A DNA stretch of 64,000 bases from Hemiscyllium ocellatum (taxonomy: Eukaryota). Both the position numbers and the translations under genes were made by a program. Under the pieces are notes generated by a model. It ran no database searches and was not told the origin of the DNA. It saw only the letters and a list, made by a program, of their open reading frames with translations. Shown piece after piece: positions 61,781 to 64,000 of the stretch; position 1 is the stretch's first letter, and each line of letters begins with the position of its first letter. Location of the stretch: assembly GCF_020745735.1 (NCBI RefSeq), contig NC_083430.1, positions 28,262,909 through 28,326,908 on the forward strand, given 5' to 3'.

Positions 61781-64000
61781 TATGAGGCCTTTCATCTCCA
61801 CTTGACCAGGGTACCAGGAACTCCAGTTGTACGTCATTAACATCATGTCATATTCCTTTATACTGCATTGAGCTGTGAACAGTCTCCTATACTTCTGTCA
61901 CCAAGATGGGAATGTTACTGTGTTAAAATGAGACATGTGCTGGACAATCTGAATGATCTCTGATGAAATATGACCTGCTAGTTGACATGCTTGGTAAGTC
62001 TATGCTAGTTAATCTGAAACTTGCAAACATATTATGTATAAACAGGAATTCAAATGCACCCGAAGGAGTAGCCAGGAGAAGATCTGTCAGAAAAAATTAT
62101 TGGGAGTTCAGATGTTAATCTGTTGGAATTGACAGATGACTGCGCCACACTAAGTGCCTGATCTGTATTCATGGTTGTTTAATTTCTCTTTTTTTTGGTG
62201 CAGTTCTTCATTTGTGAATTTTTTTTTAAACATGACGTCAGGTAGGAACTCTGCCCTCACTAGGGCAATTCTGCCTATCCTCGTATCTGTGACAAAATTG
62301 GCTGTGTAGTCTTATATCGACTAGCAATCCATCATTCTGGAGCCACTTAATCGCAGTTATACACTATGTGATGGTGCAATGAAATATATGTCCATTCTAG
62401 CCCAAAAATGAAGAACTGATGTCTACTCATGTCTTGTCTCAAGGAATGTCTAAGAGTCAGGCCTGAGAGAATCAGTCACGTAGAGTTAAGTGTTGAAATT
62501 CACGTCAGTTCCTGGAGCTTGAAAATATGTCAGCATTTATCTTTCTTGAATTCGATGTTCTACTTGTCCTGCTTTCCAACCTTTTAGCTTGCTTCCCTTC
62601 CTTGCCATTTTGCTGCCTGGCTCCTTTCTTGACAGTCCTCTCATGGATAGAGTTGGTGAGAGGAAAGTAGTGAACAGACACGGTAACATCAAGCAGGAGG
62701 GCCAAATAACAAGCAGTGAGCAGGAATGTTGGAGAGGAAATTGGCGACTGGAAGGCTTGGGAAAGATATATTTTGTTTTTAAAATGCAAGCAGGATAGCA
62801 AAAGTTTTAGGGGAGAGTGGTATGAGCAAGAAGGATGTAACAAGGTCCAGAAGGGATAACTCTTTCCTGCTGGAGTTTCCTGTCTCTGTTTTGCTTCATA
62901 ACGTTAAACCTGTATATCTTGAATTTTCCCTCTTTCACTATAATGTTCCCATCATGAGGCAGTGTTTTGAAAGGGTTTAGAGAGGGAACTGACTAGTCAG
63001 TCAGTGAACTGGACTCTAATTGAAATAATTGATAAGATACGGAGTTAGTAAGTGTGTTTCTAGTCCATTTGTTACCACTGATCTCCTCCTTCTACAGCTA
63101 GTTACGTAGAATTACTGAAGGAAAATTGATCTCTAAGACTTTGAACATATTAGAAACAAAGGAACTTCTGTGGAGATTGAGATGTTTTGGATTCGTAGCC
63201 CAGATCTCCAAATAACCTCAGCAAAATCCATTATGTTATCTTGCGAAACATTTTTAACTCAGGATACTTTCAAATCAAGGGTAACAGTAATTTATTTATG
63301 ACGGCTATATTTTGGTTTTATATGTTGTATTTTCATTCTTGCTGACCTTTTAAAATTCAGTAATTAAATAATTTTCTATTAGTGTTGAACTTTTTAACTG
63401 TTCTTGCTTAGGAAGTTGAGATAAAATGATTGTATATTACCAAAGATTCTATGGATTCCCAGGTAAAACATTTGCCTGTTATAAATCATCCAAACTCTCA
63501 CCCCAACAACAAAGATTCTGACACGTCCCTGGTCCCAAACCCAAAAGGAACATGAGAGAAAGTTGTTGCAAAAAAAATACTGTAATTGGAGAAGGTAGCT
63601 GTTGTGTGATGAAATTCTGTATATTGTTTTCAAGCTCATAAGCCTTTGTGCCAAGAACACGACACAAAACAAATGTTGGCGTCGTTTGAGTCTGCTGACG
63701 TGGCAAAAATCAAAATAGCATTAGATAGAATTACATTAAACGACTTCAGTTGACCACCCAGCATAACTAATCATGACATAAAGAAATTACTGAGCTATTT
63801 TCCTATTCACTCACAGATGTTTTAAGTTTTAAAAAAAAGTAAATTAATTGAGAAGCATAAAAGTTGCATTTTCCACATTTTCCAGCAATAACAAATGCAA
63901 ATCTCCTTGGCTATTTGTATTTTGAACCTGTCAAAGTGAAACAAAATATGTTTTAATTTTAGCCATTGCCAACAATTTAACCTTGCTGAAGAATACTTAA

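Noticed and set aside
1-64000. Prokaryotic systems (CRISPR arrays, operons, phage or defence loci)
   Set aside because: The sequence is vertebrate, with spliceosomal introns; there is no regularly spaced repeat array and no long intronless ORF.

Overview
Eukaryotic genomic DNA, about 39-40% GC by eye, with spliceosomal introns and a repeat content typical of sharks and rays (HE1 V-SINEs, HER1/CR1 LINEs, SacSINE1-like Deu-SINEs, Penelope-like elements). The window holds three genes. (1) The 5' part of CLSPN (claspin) on the minus strand: 11 complete coding exons plus the start of a 12th, CpG-island promoter near 20.3 kb, and one GC-AG intron. (2) A complete NCDN (neurochondrin) on the minus strand: a non-coding exon 1 and 6 coding exons giving a 2184-nt CDS (727 aa). 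(3) The 5' end of KIAA0319L (AAV receptor) on the plus strand, head-to-head with NCDN at a CpG island near 42.7 kb. Exon boundaries were read by hand and the reading frame is preserved at every junction. Gene identities come from recalled human protein sequences, not from a database search. The most striking non-genic signal is three families of minimal hammerhead-ribozyme (CUGAUGA...GAAA) Penelope-type repeats. One family occurs five times as a 160-210 bp fold-back hairpin, folded at the ribozyme core and flanked by perfect 13-17 bp target-site duplications. Repeat boundaries are approximate unless a TSD is given.
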